A stretch of DNA of 64,000 bases, from assembly GCF_000143415.4 (NCBI RefSeq), contig NW_003314274.1, positions 376,806 to 440,805 of the forward strand. Reading direction: 5' to 3'. The position numbers and the translations under genes were made by a program. The notes beneath the pieces were generated by a model, which saw only the letters and a program-made list of their open reading frames with translations, ran no database searches and had not been told where the DNA came from. The DNA is from Selaginella moellendorffii (lineage: Eukaryota > Plantae > Lycopodiophyta). Below, piece by piece: positions 25,199-37,466 of the stretch (position 1 is the first letter of the stretch; each line of letters starts with the position of its first letter).

Positions 25199-28100
25199 GC
25201 AAGGAATTGCGTTCTTCTTCCAGCCACTGTCAATGTGGATGCAGAGAAGGGGGAGGAGCTCACCAATTGGACTTTCGGGATGGAAGGCGAGGATCTGAGG
25301 CTGTACAACACAGATGGTGGGAGAAAAGAATGCATGGGGATCCTCATCCAAGTGACAGACACTCCATGCAGTTCCATGCAAGAATATGGACTGGCACTTG
25401 TGGTAGAGACAGCGTCTGCCTTCAAGATCCACCTTGCACATCCTAGCGGCTTCCCGGAGGGGGGCAGCGGCTATGAGGAATTCCTAGAGGGAGCTAGGGA
25501 GAGGTTGTCCAGGAGGCCCACAATTTCAAAGACGCTGCGGGTCTATGAAGATCACATGGAATCCACGGACCTCACCTACGGCGATGTTCAAAAACTATAT
25601 TCCAACATTGAGCCGTTGAGAGTGACTCCAGTTCGCGAAGCAAAGGGGAAGGGGTCAATCTGGAAACTACCTCGAAGCAGAAAAGGGTGGTCAAGCTCAA
25701 GCCAACGTCCGACTCTTCTGCTCCAAAAAAGAAGCTACTCAGTGATGCCATTACCTCGGGTTCGAACACTACACCCACCAAAAAGAAGAACCGCAAAGAG
25801 CAGAAAGAGCAAGAAGAGGCAGCAAAAATCGTCGCAGATAATAGTACTTGTTACTATTCCAACAAAGTATATACAATCGACGTGAGCCGTATCGACATCC
25901 AAAGCAAATACAACCACAGGCTAGTATCTGATGAGTGGGTGGAGAAATTGAAGCAGAAGATGCTGGCAAGTCCAGTAACACCCGACATCGCAGACGTGAT
26001 CCCCTACTACCAAAAACTGAAGGGCGAGATGAGGTTTCCAGACTTGATCAATAGGAAGGTGTTGGACAATCAGAACATCCGGTTCTATGCCGTCTCCGGG
26101 CAGCATTCTAGCTTGGCGATGCAAGAGATAGTTGTGGATATTATGGTGGGCGAGGAGGTGAAGAAAGTCTTCAAGACAAGAGTTGTCCGCCTGATAAAAG
26201 GCAACTCGCCCCTCCGATCTATCATATACATCTCCCACGCGCAGAATGTCAAGCAAGAAACGTGCTACAAATCGGGTCTGCACGAGACATTGGCACGAAC
26301 ACGGAAGCTCTGGGTTCAACTGAAGAAGCCACAAAAACCAGGACAAGGACGTGCACTAGCAACTAGCGCCTGGCAGGTAAGCCTCGTTGTATGTGGCATA
26401 GCATGTGGCCTCACGCCATTTCCATTGCAGGAATTCTCGAGTCTTCTCTCGAAAACACTGGGGGTCAATGACACACTCAGCATCCATAACATTCTACTCG
26501 CGACAAAAGTTGTTTTTGACAAATGGGTAGATGTGCTGAGGAGGTACCATGACGGGGAGTTGCCAAACTCAATGGGTGTGGAGGACGGCCGGAAGCCCAA
26601 TGATTTGAAGCTCAACGCCTTGCGTTTCTCGCGGTCTCTAGACGACGACGACCTTCTGACAGTGGCTAATGCTCTTCTACATGGTGAGGTTGTCTTCAAC
26701 AAGACCAAAATGACTCCCGGCCATATTGTGACATACGAGGACTTGTGCACGACTCTGAGAGCTCGTGCGCTATTGAAGGATTGGATCTTCGAGCAAGTGG
26801 CCGTGGAGAGGGTGAGAATCGACACCACGCAAGAGATGATGGAAGCGCTGGAGTTGTCAAATGAAGATATCGACGAGTACGTGAAGGGGGCCCCCAAGTT
26901 CATCGATCTGCTGCGGGATGCCACGAAAAGTAAAGCTGAGAAGTTGGATCAGTATCCAAATTTCATTAAGATTGATGTTGACCGCCGGCTTCAGAAACAG
27001 CTCGACCCCGCAGCAGAGGCCTATCGAGAACCTTACCGGGTATACTTGAATTCGGATGAGGATCAAAGGTAGAGGAGCATCGTTTCCCGCGGAGATGAGC
27101 AGGTCAAGAACATCTTTTGTGTGATGGACTTCACAAACGAGGAGATCACTCATGCAGACGAAGTCAGCTCCATCATTGACTTAATGGTGGGACTTGCGGA
27201 GGTGGAATCTTCAGTCCACTATATGATCTACGACTCCGAATCCTATCACAAGTTCTGGAAGGCCTTGAACGAGGTGAAGGCTCGGTTGAAAGGCAAGGAG
27301 ATGCGGGAGATCCATGGGATAATGGCTAAGAAGAAGATACCGATGAATGTCCGCATCTTCACACTCGCCCTTGTTATTGGTCCTGCAGCAGAGTGGGACT
27401 GGAGTGACTTCCCAGCTTCGTTCGACAAGGCCAATCGAATTGATCTGAGGGAGGTCAATTTACCCGTGCCTGAGGAACTGAAGACGGCTATGGAGCTTTC
27501 GAATCCAAAGAAAGCTCCAGGTGCAGCATGGGAAATGCTCAGCTAGGTCTTCAACGCAATAGCGGGTGGGTCACCTGCTTCCGACTCCAAGGGCAAATGC
27601 GTTGTCGAGTACAACTGCGGCGGACTATTCTTTCGAGCCGCACTACTCAAGGGTGTCCCGTGTGTTGCGGTGACAAACTCCATTGAAGAGGTGACTTCAA
27701 TGGAGCATATAATTACAGTTGCCAAAGAAAAACAGTATCTTCTCTGCGAACCTGGTGAGTACGCACTTTAAGTTTAAATGTTATCTCACAAGCTCTGTAT
27801 GCAGGAGCGTGGCCACCCCCAGATGCTGAAACGGCGTTAACAGCTACTGTTGAAGATACCCATGTTGGGCCGAGCTCACAACCTGCACAAGGTAAGGTCA
27901 CGTGAGGCCTCACGCCATTTTGATTATAGATCGTTGTGAATATTCAGACACGAGGACTGAAAAGCGCACTGGTGGTGCATCGAAGAAGGACAAACAGAAA
28001 AGCAATAGGAAAAAAGGAGGTACAAATTATATTTGCAATGGCGTGTGGTCTCATGCCATTCCTTGCAGGAGAAACTTCTTCAAAGGCAAAACAGGCAAGC

Positions 28101-30371
28101 ACCAGCCAAGCTCAAACTGACAGTGGTCATAAAAAGAGGTACAATGGATGAGGGAAGCTTTTCAAGGCAGGGCCACGTTTTTCTCATCTCGTCGTCTTCG
28201 AAGGGTGCAAGAACGTGCAGAAACCATGTTAAGACAGTCGGGTGAGGATACGGTCCTAGGTCACGCACTAAAACAGGCTATGGATGTCTTGTATTTTGAG
28301 ATGGAGACTCGGCCAGATGATTTTCCCAAGATGGTCCTGGAAGAACAAGCCATCCAGCCTGAGCAGCCTATGGAAGAAATGCAGGAGGGGGATGAGGAGC
28401 CAGAGAAAGATAATGAGCAGGAAGAGCAGAAGGACGAAGAGGAGGACAAAGAAGAGGAGGACGAAGAAGAGGAGGACGAAGAGGACTTGGATGGTCCTCA
28501 CAATGGTGACGATCACAATAACGACGACGACGATGATGACGACGATGGCCAGCCTGAGGTGGCCAAAGAGCGGCGGAGGAAGGTCATACAAGACAAACCA
28601 TCAGGTAAATAATAATACATCCATTCCTAACCTTTTACCATTTCTAACATTGTCCATGTAGGTCGTAGAGCAAATGGTAAGTAGAGATTATTCAGTTGAA
28701 TTTACAAACTCTAGCCTTTAGTGTCGAGGAAGGATAGTGCCAAGCAAGGGTCGAAACGTATGTCCAATCCTTCAGAATCAGCAGTGCGCCCAAGTGATAT
28801 CGGTCCTAGTTCCTCAATAGCAGTTGATGGTAAATACAGTATAGTCGATTCAATGTGCTAATGAGTTTGTTTTTAGTAGCACGGGAGGATACCATCTCAA
28901 TCGAAGGGAGATATTTGGACATGCATATGGATCCGCTAGTGGACTCTACTTGGCTGCAAGAGTCATCAGAGCTGGTGGAGGCTACTATCCATATCAACGC
29001 CAAGCAAGCTGACCACGCTCCACTTGATGCTGCCCATACCACTGAGTCAATCTTGTCCACGTATCCAACTGACGGTGACCAGGCGCCATTGGACCCACAT
29101 GAGGCCACCCCAGCCGCCGAGCCGGTCGTATCCTCATTTCCAACGGACTCAACGTGTGCCCAATCGTCTGACTACGCGCCGTTGGAACCTCCCTACACCG
29201 CCCCTGCTGCCTGTTCGGTCATGTCCACTTTGCCAATGGAGGCACCAGCTGAAATGGCGTGTGATCACACGCCATCGGAACCACCCCATGCCACTGTTGA
29301 GCCAGTTGTACCAGAGTCTACAGCTGAAATGGCATGTGCCCACACACCATCAGATGCGATTGACCCCACATTGCAGAGGAGAGTATTTCCGCCCTTCACG
29401 TTTCCTCGACCAAAACCCTCTCAACGACCATCGGGAGCAACATTCGCTAATATTGTAGATGGTAAAATTGACTTGTACCATTTTTTATGCTGACGCATTT
29501 CATTTCAGAGTCACGGCGAAGGTACTGTATCGTTTTTGATCTGAACGGTGTCCTTTTCTCCCATGAGCGTGGCTCGTCCTCGAATGTCATTGCACCCTCC
29601 AAAGCCTGCGGTCGCAAGTTGGTCAAAAGAGACAGATTCACATTAATCACACGGGAGAAACTGCGGGATCTAATAATGACCATGCGACACTTAAAACAGA
29701 GGGCCGGGTTCAATTTGCAATTGGGAGTTTGGACATCCATGATGCGCCACAATGCATTAACGTTGCTACAGATGATGCACGATCAGACGCGAGTAATATT
29801 ACCATTTGACTTTCTCCTAACGCAGGAGGATTGTTTGACTATGGTCCATGTGAGGGGTAGCAAGCCCATCTTCGTCAAGCCAGAGGCTATAGTGATGAAC
29901 CGGACTGCTAGCTCAAGTGAAATCCTCATCATCGATGACTCGCCGATTAAAACTGCAGCGAACACGCACACATATGCAGTGCACCCCATCTCTTGCAGTA
30001 TGGAAACTAGGGAGAAGAAACCGTATGTTCTGGGGGACCTTGCAAAACGGCTTGGAGCAATGGTGATAGAGAACCGGCCAGTCCAGGAGGTGGTTGCAGA
30101 AATCAACCAAATGGCAGATGGAACGGTATATCAGAAGCCATTTGATCGGACAGACACCAGTCATCATTTATGGCATGTATATTGTCTAGCCAAGCACTAT
30201 CCGCATCTCCATAATCTGCTCAACTGGATGGGTTCTTCGACCACTGAACATGAGCGTGGACGTATTAGAGAAGAGATGGCATTACTATTGGGTTTAAATC
30301 CTGATAGTGTGGAGAGTGATGAAATTCCAAGATTATTGTATAGGCGTTGGAGGCAAAAAATAACAGTCTGA
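25199..30371 (+). pseudogene. Multi-exon transposon cargo gene (ParB-like, MTase-like fold, acidic linker, FCP1/NIF HAD phosphatase), copy 1, damaged
   Basis: GT-AG introns at 26377-26430, 27755-27804, 27892-27947, 28020-28068, 28605-28661, 28677-28721, 28830-28876 and 29462-29508 join exons in phase. Lesions: -1 at about 25652, TAG at 27070 and 27544, 207-bp deletion at about 28136. True start codon not resolved. Confidence 0.75.
29509..30371 (+). CDS. Terminal exon: FCP1/NIF-like HAD-superfamily phosphatase domain
   Basis: HAD motifs CIVFDLNGVL (I), GVWTS (II), KPIFVKP (III), ILIIDDSPIK (IV); open in both copies. Confidence 0.8.
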
Positions 30372-31608
30372 GATGGCATGTATTTATTTAAAAATGTAAC
30401 TTATTATGGCATGGGGTTCCATGCCATTGTATTAATATTAAAAGACAATTCTTTGAGAGGATTTGCATTATACTAGAAGTGTTACAGCATGTTATTGGAA
30501 GTCTACGAAGTTGTTTTATTAATAAGGGGAAAGTAAAGATTGAATGGGGACTTGGGCTCCACCTAGACTCGGAGCAATTGAGCCAATATTAAAAGGATCG
30601 AAAGAAATTGGACGACGATGACAAGGAGAAGAGAGAGGTGAAGCAGTGGCAGGGGGAGGAGAAGTGATTGAGTAGACATTTCCTTGTTTAAAATAAAATG
30701 GCATGTGCCTCAATGCAGTTGAATTTTGTTATATTTATATACTATATAAAGGTTTGGAAACTTTATTTTACAAGTGGGATAATGACAATTCCCACTTTAA
30801 CGAAATAGAGCTTGTCTTGGCTCTCCAAGACTAGGCAAACCATCCGTGAGTGGTCATCTCAGATCCACTCCTTAGCATCCTTAGGATGCCCACCGACAAG
30901 GGGAATAGCCTTCCCCAATATCCCTCTGTCAGTCCCCACTAAGTCCCTTTCTGCCCCTGGTCGTGTTTGCCAACACTGCCACTGGATCGAGACCCACAGG
31001 CCCGACCACTAAGTCCCACAGTCCTCTGGGACTTCCTCACCACACGACTGTGTCCTTGGTCACTACCCCAGAGAATTTCTCCTCTTCCTTTCCACAGTCT
31101 GGGCCTTTGGGACAACATTTCGGAACACCGTGGCCTTACGTGAGTCACCTGGGTACTCTCCTCGCCTTCTGCCCTTGGGTGCTCTAGCCATGGGCTTAGA
31201 GCGGGTTCCGTTGAGCCACACCAGGTATCCAAGTAGGTAGTGCCACCCACACTTGGACTGGGAGCATCGGCCAGTCGATCTCCCGGGGGAACTAGAGCCG
31301 GCTCTTGAACACTTCACCAAGCTACCCCACTTGTCGGTCCGTATTCACTCTAGTCTTGGACTTCCCAGTGGGCAGCTCATCACCCAACTCTGGGTCCGGC
31401 CTTCTTGGGCCAAACTGGCCTTTCCTGGCCAAACTGGCTCCACTGCAGTCCTCCCCCTACTATACTTTTGGAGCTCACCAAACCCCCAAGGGTCTGGGAG
31501 ACGAACGCTTTGGGCTTTCACCCTCTCAGGCTCCGGACTCGGACTCGGACTCGGACTCGGACTTGGACTCGGACTCGGATTCGGCCTCGGTCTCGGTCTC
31601 GGTCCCGA

Positions 31609-31640
<32 letters not shown>

Positions 31641-32823
31641 CCGGTCTCGACTTCGGACTCCATCTCGGACTCCATCTCGGACTCCATCTCGGACTCCATC
31701 TCGGGTCCATCTCAGGTCCATCTCGGACTCCATCTCGGACTCCATCTCGGGTCCATCTCGGACTCCATCTCAGGTCCATCTCGGACTCCACTTCGGACTT
31801 CAACTCGGGTCCATCTCGGACTCCACTTCGGACTCCAACTCGGGTCCATCTCGGACTCCACTTCGGACTCCAACTCGAGTCCATCTCGGACACTCCCATG
31901 TGTCATGTGTTGGTCCTTTTGGGTCCCTTTTTGGAGCCTCGCCTTTTGCTCGCTTTGTGCTCGTTCCTCGAGCACTTCTTTGGGAGTTCCACTCCCGCTC
32001 TTGACTTTTCAAATCGGAGCTTTTGGTCCAAACGTGTTACGCTCGTTTGGCTCTCGCTTCAGCCACTACCACGTGGCACCCTTTCCGGCTCCACTTTGGG
32101 GCCTAGGGATTTTGTGTCTCACAATTGGATGGGAGTAAGTCTAAGATCGAGTCCAAGACCAACTCTGAGATTGAGTTCAAGATAGAGTCCGGGATCGAGT
32201 CTGAGGCTGACTCCAAGACCGAGTTCGAGACCGAGTTTGAGACCGAGTTCGAGACAGAGTTTGAGATCCGAGATCGGGTCTGAGACCGAGTTTGAGGTCG
32301 AGTCCAAAGTCGAGTCTGAAGTCGAGTCCGAGACCGAGTCCGAAGTCAGGTTCGAGACCAAGTCCAAGTACTAATACAGGTCGAAAGCCCAAAGCGTGTG
32401 TCTCCCGGGGAGGGGGGGGGGGGGGGGGGGGGGGGGAGGGCTGTAGGGGTTTCCAAAAGTATAGTAGGGATAGTGAGGTTTAGGAATCAGTCTTGAAGAA
32501 CTCTCCAATGATGTTTCCAAACTGACTTGAGGTTGAGACTGGGATCGAAGGGCTTTGGGTGGGAGTGAGCATAGACTTGGGTGGTGCTGAATGGGCCACC
32601 CAAGGAAGTGCTCTAGAGCAACTCCCACTCCCGGAAGGGAAACCGACTACAATGCTCCCAGCTCATGTGGAGTGATGCCCCACCTGAGTACCTTGTGGCT
32701 CATTGGTCCTCGCCCTTCCTAGGGCTTGGGCCTTCCCTTCGGGATGGAAGTGGGGGGGTAGAGGTACCCATACCAGGCCGTTAGGCCATGGTGTTTCTCC
32801 CCAGCATCCCGAAGCAAGTGTTA

Positions 32824-32985
32824 TGTAGCACATGTGATCATGGGATGAAATTTGGATATACTGTCACCGTGGATCCTTGGAACCTTGGGAGATAAATGGG
32901 GATAACATAGCCATTAAGGGCTCTCTCATCAAGCAATTGCCCCTTTTCCAGTTGGCTTAAGGGGAGAAAGATAAGGTGCGCTACA
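32824..32985. mobile_element. 162-bp solo LTR inserted in the family A 3' LTR
   Basis: TGTAGC...GCTACA termini; TSD TGTTA at 32819-32823 and 32986-32990; absent from the 5' LTR (about 380). Confidence 0.85.
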
Positions 32986-35039
32986 TGTTACACCCAAGGC
33001 TTGGGATTTAGAGAGTCCTATGATCAAGTCTTGTTATACCAAGGGATGTTAGGAACTTGGAGGCTTGGTATGGTTGGCTACTTGTGCCTGCAGAGAGTGT
33101 AACCAAACCTTAAGTCCAATCTAACTTGGGGAGGGGGATTGGGAGAGATTTGGGAATCCGTGGATGGATGGCTAATGCTCCGTTACTCGTGTAGTGAGTA
33201 GCTGAAACCAAGTAGAACTAAGTAGGAGCTGGTACAATAGGTGAGAACCTTGGTGAGGGAACTTAGCTAAAAAGCCAAGGGAATGTTGGTCGGATAGATG
33301 AGCTAAGCTGGCAAATTGGAAAGGAAAAATTTGTGGCTTACACCAAAGTAAAGTTAAAAATATGTTATATAGCAATGGTTGAAGTGGAAGTTTAATGAAC
33401 ATATGTAATACACATGATTTTCACCCTTCATTCTATGGTGATTTACCATAGGATAACCACGAAGTGGAACCTAAACCTTTCATGTGCCACATATCATATG
33501 CCATGTGTCCAAGGACAATGGTGTGGAACCCGAGTTAGGCCACTATATAAAAAGAACAAACATGGAGCCAAGGAGCGAAAAAACCGGAATACAAAGTAAT
33601 TCTCGAGTGTACAGCCCAAGGAGCAAAGGAATAGAAGCACGGAGCGACTTTGAACAATCCTAGAGTATCCAACATTCTAATGCCAATACTAACACGCAAA
33701 ATAGAGCCAAATGAAGTTCAGTGCTATTTTAGCATACCAGTGGCTTAACATGAGGATATGGGTACTCCACCAACTAGCATGGCATGAAACGTGGGCTTAG
33801 ACCCAAATCTGATGCAGAATAAAGACAAGCATGCAAGTGAGAGCTAAACTATGCCTTAAATTCGTCTGCAATGCTCAACCTACCAACTATCCCTACTACA
33901 CATTTGGAACCCCAACCCCCCCCCCCCCCCCCCCCCTTCCCTTTTGAGGAATGCATGCTTTGGGCTTTCACTTTTAGCCATCTTTAGTACCAAGAGTTAG
34001 TGTATAAGATTAACTCAAAATTTATTAAATGTGGAATGTGTTAGATTGCGAATTTGGACACGGGACGAACACTATTGTGTTCAGGACAATCTCTACATTC
34101 TGTACATATGCCAAATTAGCAAATCTAGACACTTTCTATAAATAGCAATTGGGACCAAATGGAACTAACACAAAGTGGATAATAGGGAAGGTGTTTGGTA
34201 GCCATAGTAAGCTATTATCTAGCAATATTGAAAGACTAATCTTAATACCCAAGGGTTCTTGTCAAGCTAGTGCAAGACAAAGCAAAAGAAATCTAAGAGC
34301 CAGGCTAAGTATGTTCAGCAAGAAACATATAGGAGTTCCTACCTTATATCCATTTGGCTAAGTATAGGTGCTAAGCCTACTTTACTAACCCTTGAACAAG
34401 AGGGGCTGATAAAGGGAACTAGCAATATCGACCTTCTACCGTCTTGGCAGTAATGAAAGAATATCTGAAAGGACTAGCTGACATGTAACTTTTGATACCT
34501 GAAGTCACATTCACAATAATATAATAGGAAACAACAATCCAAGTTGGAGGGGATTGGTCACATAGCAACGAGGAGAGGACTTCCAAGCAGCAACAACAGC
34601 ATCACTATTACTAGAGATTGTACATTCCTCCTCAATTCACCGCACTATGGGATCCAGTACTATATATCTCTAAAGGTTTTTTATATCTCTAGGAAACTAT
34701 AGGCACCATATAAATGGAGATCAAGCAAGGGCAATGTACCTCCATTGATCTCACGATCTACTCAAGTCCCTCACATCGGTAGACGCAATCATATAGAAGA
34801 GATGAGGCTGGGGACCATGGATAAGGCGCAAAGTTCACCACCACTATGGATTGGGAGCAAGTGAGTGGCATGGATCTAGGCTGCATAGAACTAGACTCTA
34901 GTTCCTTGATCTGATCTACACAGAACTGAACTCTAACTCCATTGATCCCCCCTTCGTCACCACCCTCCCATATACTCTTTTCCGGTTTCGAACATGTCAA
35001 AACCAGACCTCTATGGTTTTTAAGAGGATAAATATGAAA

Positions 35040-36250
35040 AACCCATTAGGAAGTATAGCACATTTGGACCAAAAGCTTTGACTTGGAAAGTTAAAAGTGG
35101 GAGTGAAACTCCTAATGACATGCTTGAGGAATAAGTATGAAGCAATCAATGAATGAATCTCTAAAAAGGGACACAAGAAAGACTGACACATGGCAAATGT
35201 TGTGATATATGGAAGTGTTAAGATCGAATCCAAGATAGAGTCTAACATAGAATCCAAGGAGTCCAAGATTGAGAAGAAGTCTGAGATGGAGTTCAAAAAG
35301 AAGTCCAAAATGGAGTCCGAGATGGAGTCTGAAATGGAGCCCAAGGTCAAGTCTGAAATGGAGATTGAGTCCAAGATCGAGACCAATGTTGAGACCGAGA
35401 CCGAGACCGAGACCAAGTCCAAAACCGAGTCCAAGTCCGAGTCTGAGTCTGAGTCCGAATCCGAGTCTAAATCCAAATATTAATATAAGTCAAAGGGTGG
35501 GGGGGGGGGGGGGGGGGTGGGGTGCAAAGGCTTCCAAAAATATAGTAAAAAAAGTGTAGGGGTTGGACTCTTGTAAAAACCATTCCGCCCAAAAAAGTTT
35601 GTGTGACCCAGGAAAGTGTTAAAAATTTAAGAGAACGACTCCAAAAATGATCCCTAAAGTTCAAAAATAAAGGGAAAGGGCCCCTGAAAAAAAAGGCCCC
35701 CCCTTTTCCAATTAATTAAGGGGCTTGGGAAATTTGGGGTTAAACATCCTTGGGACTGGGGTGGGAAGTCCCAATTCCAGAGATTTTAGAAAGCTAATAT
35801 AGTAGGTGATTATATAACCACTAAGGAGTCCAAAGCTAGAGTAAACATGGATAGATAAATAGGGTAACTTGATAAAGTGTTAAAGAGCCGACTATAACTC
35901 CCTCGTCGGGAGATCAAATGGTTAATGCTCTTAATTCAAATGTGGGTGGCACTACCTACTTAGATACTTGGTGTGGCTCATTGAAACCTCACTTTAGCCA
36001 CTTGGTTAAGGCATCCAAAGGTAGAAGATGGGGAGTATTTATAAGGCTTGTGTAGAGCCACAATATTTTGAAATGTTATCCCAAAACCTCAGACTGTGAA
36101 AAAAAAAAGGGAACAATCCTTTTATATAGTGATTAAGGGTATGGTCAAGAAGTATAAAGTAAGTTTTTTTATAGCTTAGATTTAGCTTTGTCCTAGAGGT
36201 TAATAGAACTTAATGGTCAAGCTTTGACCCAGTGGTGGTGTTGTGGGACA
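35040..36250 (+). repeat. Old degenerate LTR related to family B
   Basis: Decayed matches to TTTGGACCAAAAGC, GAGTCC/GAGACC repeats and GTGGGTGGCACTACCTACTT; ends not defined. Confidence 0.6.
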
Positions 36251-37466
36251 AAACTTTAGATTGGGGACCAAAATCAAGGATACAATGGCACAAGAAAGAG
36301 GCACCACTAGAGACTCAAGAGTAAGTGAGAGTCCATTTACCTCTGAATTGCCAATAGATCTTTGAGTTTTAAATTGCTTGTTCTTGTTTGGATTTCTAGA
36401 AAATTCATAGTATAGCTCAAACCACCATATTACATTTCCATGTCATATGAGTCTCAATGGGAGTGGATCTTCATGAACATAGGTACCACATTCATTCGAA
36501 CATGATATGTATCATTCTTCATTCACATACTTTTTGTCATCATTAACATTGAGCGACCATCCCCCATGCAGCTGTGAGAGACAGTATTGTGTTTTAATAT
36601 AAACAACTCCCTTCCAAGTAAAAATTCTTGACTCAAGCAAGATTATGGAGTAAGATACCCCTCTAGATGATAGTTCACTTCAATATTGTAAGGAGAGCAA
36701 ATTCTGGTCCTCACGCTCATTCAGTGCCACGAGCTTGATCGAATGCATCAATCTCTCTAGTTTGGAGTAGGAGGATCGAGCTACAACCTGATCAGTGTGT
36801 TCCTCACGAAGATGTCCTTGTCAAACATCCTTTTGCAAGCCCCTGAGTGTAGATCCATCATGCTGAGTGGTAGCAGTGGAAGCACTGAAAATGGAAGTGA
36901 AGACGAGGAACAAGAGCTATGGTGGGTACAAAGGGAAACAGATCGCTGATGAGTACAAATACTTGGGGCACATAATCCACCACACCAAGCCAAGTCGAAG
37001 GGGTCCGGGCTAGGAGGCTAGCGTGCCTATTATGCAATGCAATCAGATTGTAGAAAAGCATGAGTAACAAGTTGGAAGGTGAAGAAGATATATTTTCTCA
37101 CTAAAATAACCACAGTTGCACTCTATGGGTCAGAAATGTGGGGATTTGAACTCTCTAAAAAGTAGTGGGAAAACCTAGAAACTATCACAATGACCTTCAT
37201 TTCGAATGAACTCAGCATCTCCACCAAAACAGCACTCCCCATACCATATGGCAAACTTGTGGATCAAGCAATTCTTGACTCTCATCTGCTGGCATGGTGT
37301 TATGATCCAGTGCAAAAAGACAGAGATTTAGTCGCCCTAGACTATGCTACGCCACCTCTTGAGGTTCCTCCCCACCCAACCACCCCCGAGCTACATCAAA
37401 AGCTCCACTGCGCCGCCGCTCCACTGTAAGCCCTAGGGTAGGTTAAGTCCCCTACCCTAACATGCC

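Larger units (their letters stand above)
12691..30813. mobile_element. Large TIR DNA transposon, Sola-like, copy 1 (18.1 kb)
   Basis: TIR AAGCTCTATTTCGTTAAAGTGGGA at 12691-12714 and its exact reverse complement at 30790-30813. TSD GTCT at 12687-12690 and 30814-30817. Empty site ATCACA-GTCT-TGGCTC is present in the sister LTR at 6275-6290. Superfamily assignment is inferred from the 4-bp TSD and transposase motifs. Confidence 0.9.
5998..32123 (-). mobile_element. Non-coding LTR retroelement, family B copy 1 (LARD-like), chimeric with three LTRs
   Basis: TSD ATTGG at 5993-5997 and 32124-32128. 3' LTR 5998-7520 with PPT complement at 7521. Truncated internal LTR 9254-10254 with PBS complement at 9241-9250. 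5' LTR 12404-12690 plus 30818-32123 with PBS complement at 12391-12400. No recognisable gag/pol. Confidence 0.85.
1..33342 (+). mobile_element. Decayed Ty3/gypsy chromovirus (family A); 3' LTR split by nested insertions
   Basis: Order LTR-PBS-gag-PR-RT-RH-IN-chromodomain-PPT-LTR. The 3' LTR is 5919-5997 plus 32129-33342 (TGTAAGG...GGCTTACA). Confidence 0.9.

Noticed and set aside
25588-25655. Programmed frameshift in the cargo gene
   Set aside because: Each copy has a different single-base homopolymer loss (about 25652 versus 55570); the consensus is open, so mutation or sequencing error is more likely.
36300-37430. Host gene fragment (PPR-like MFDKDIFVRNTLI on the minus strand)
   Set aside because: Too short and interrupted by stops to support without a search.
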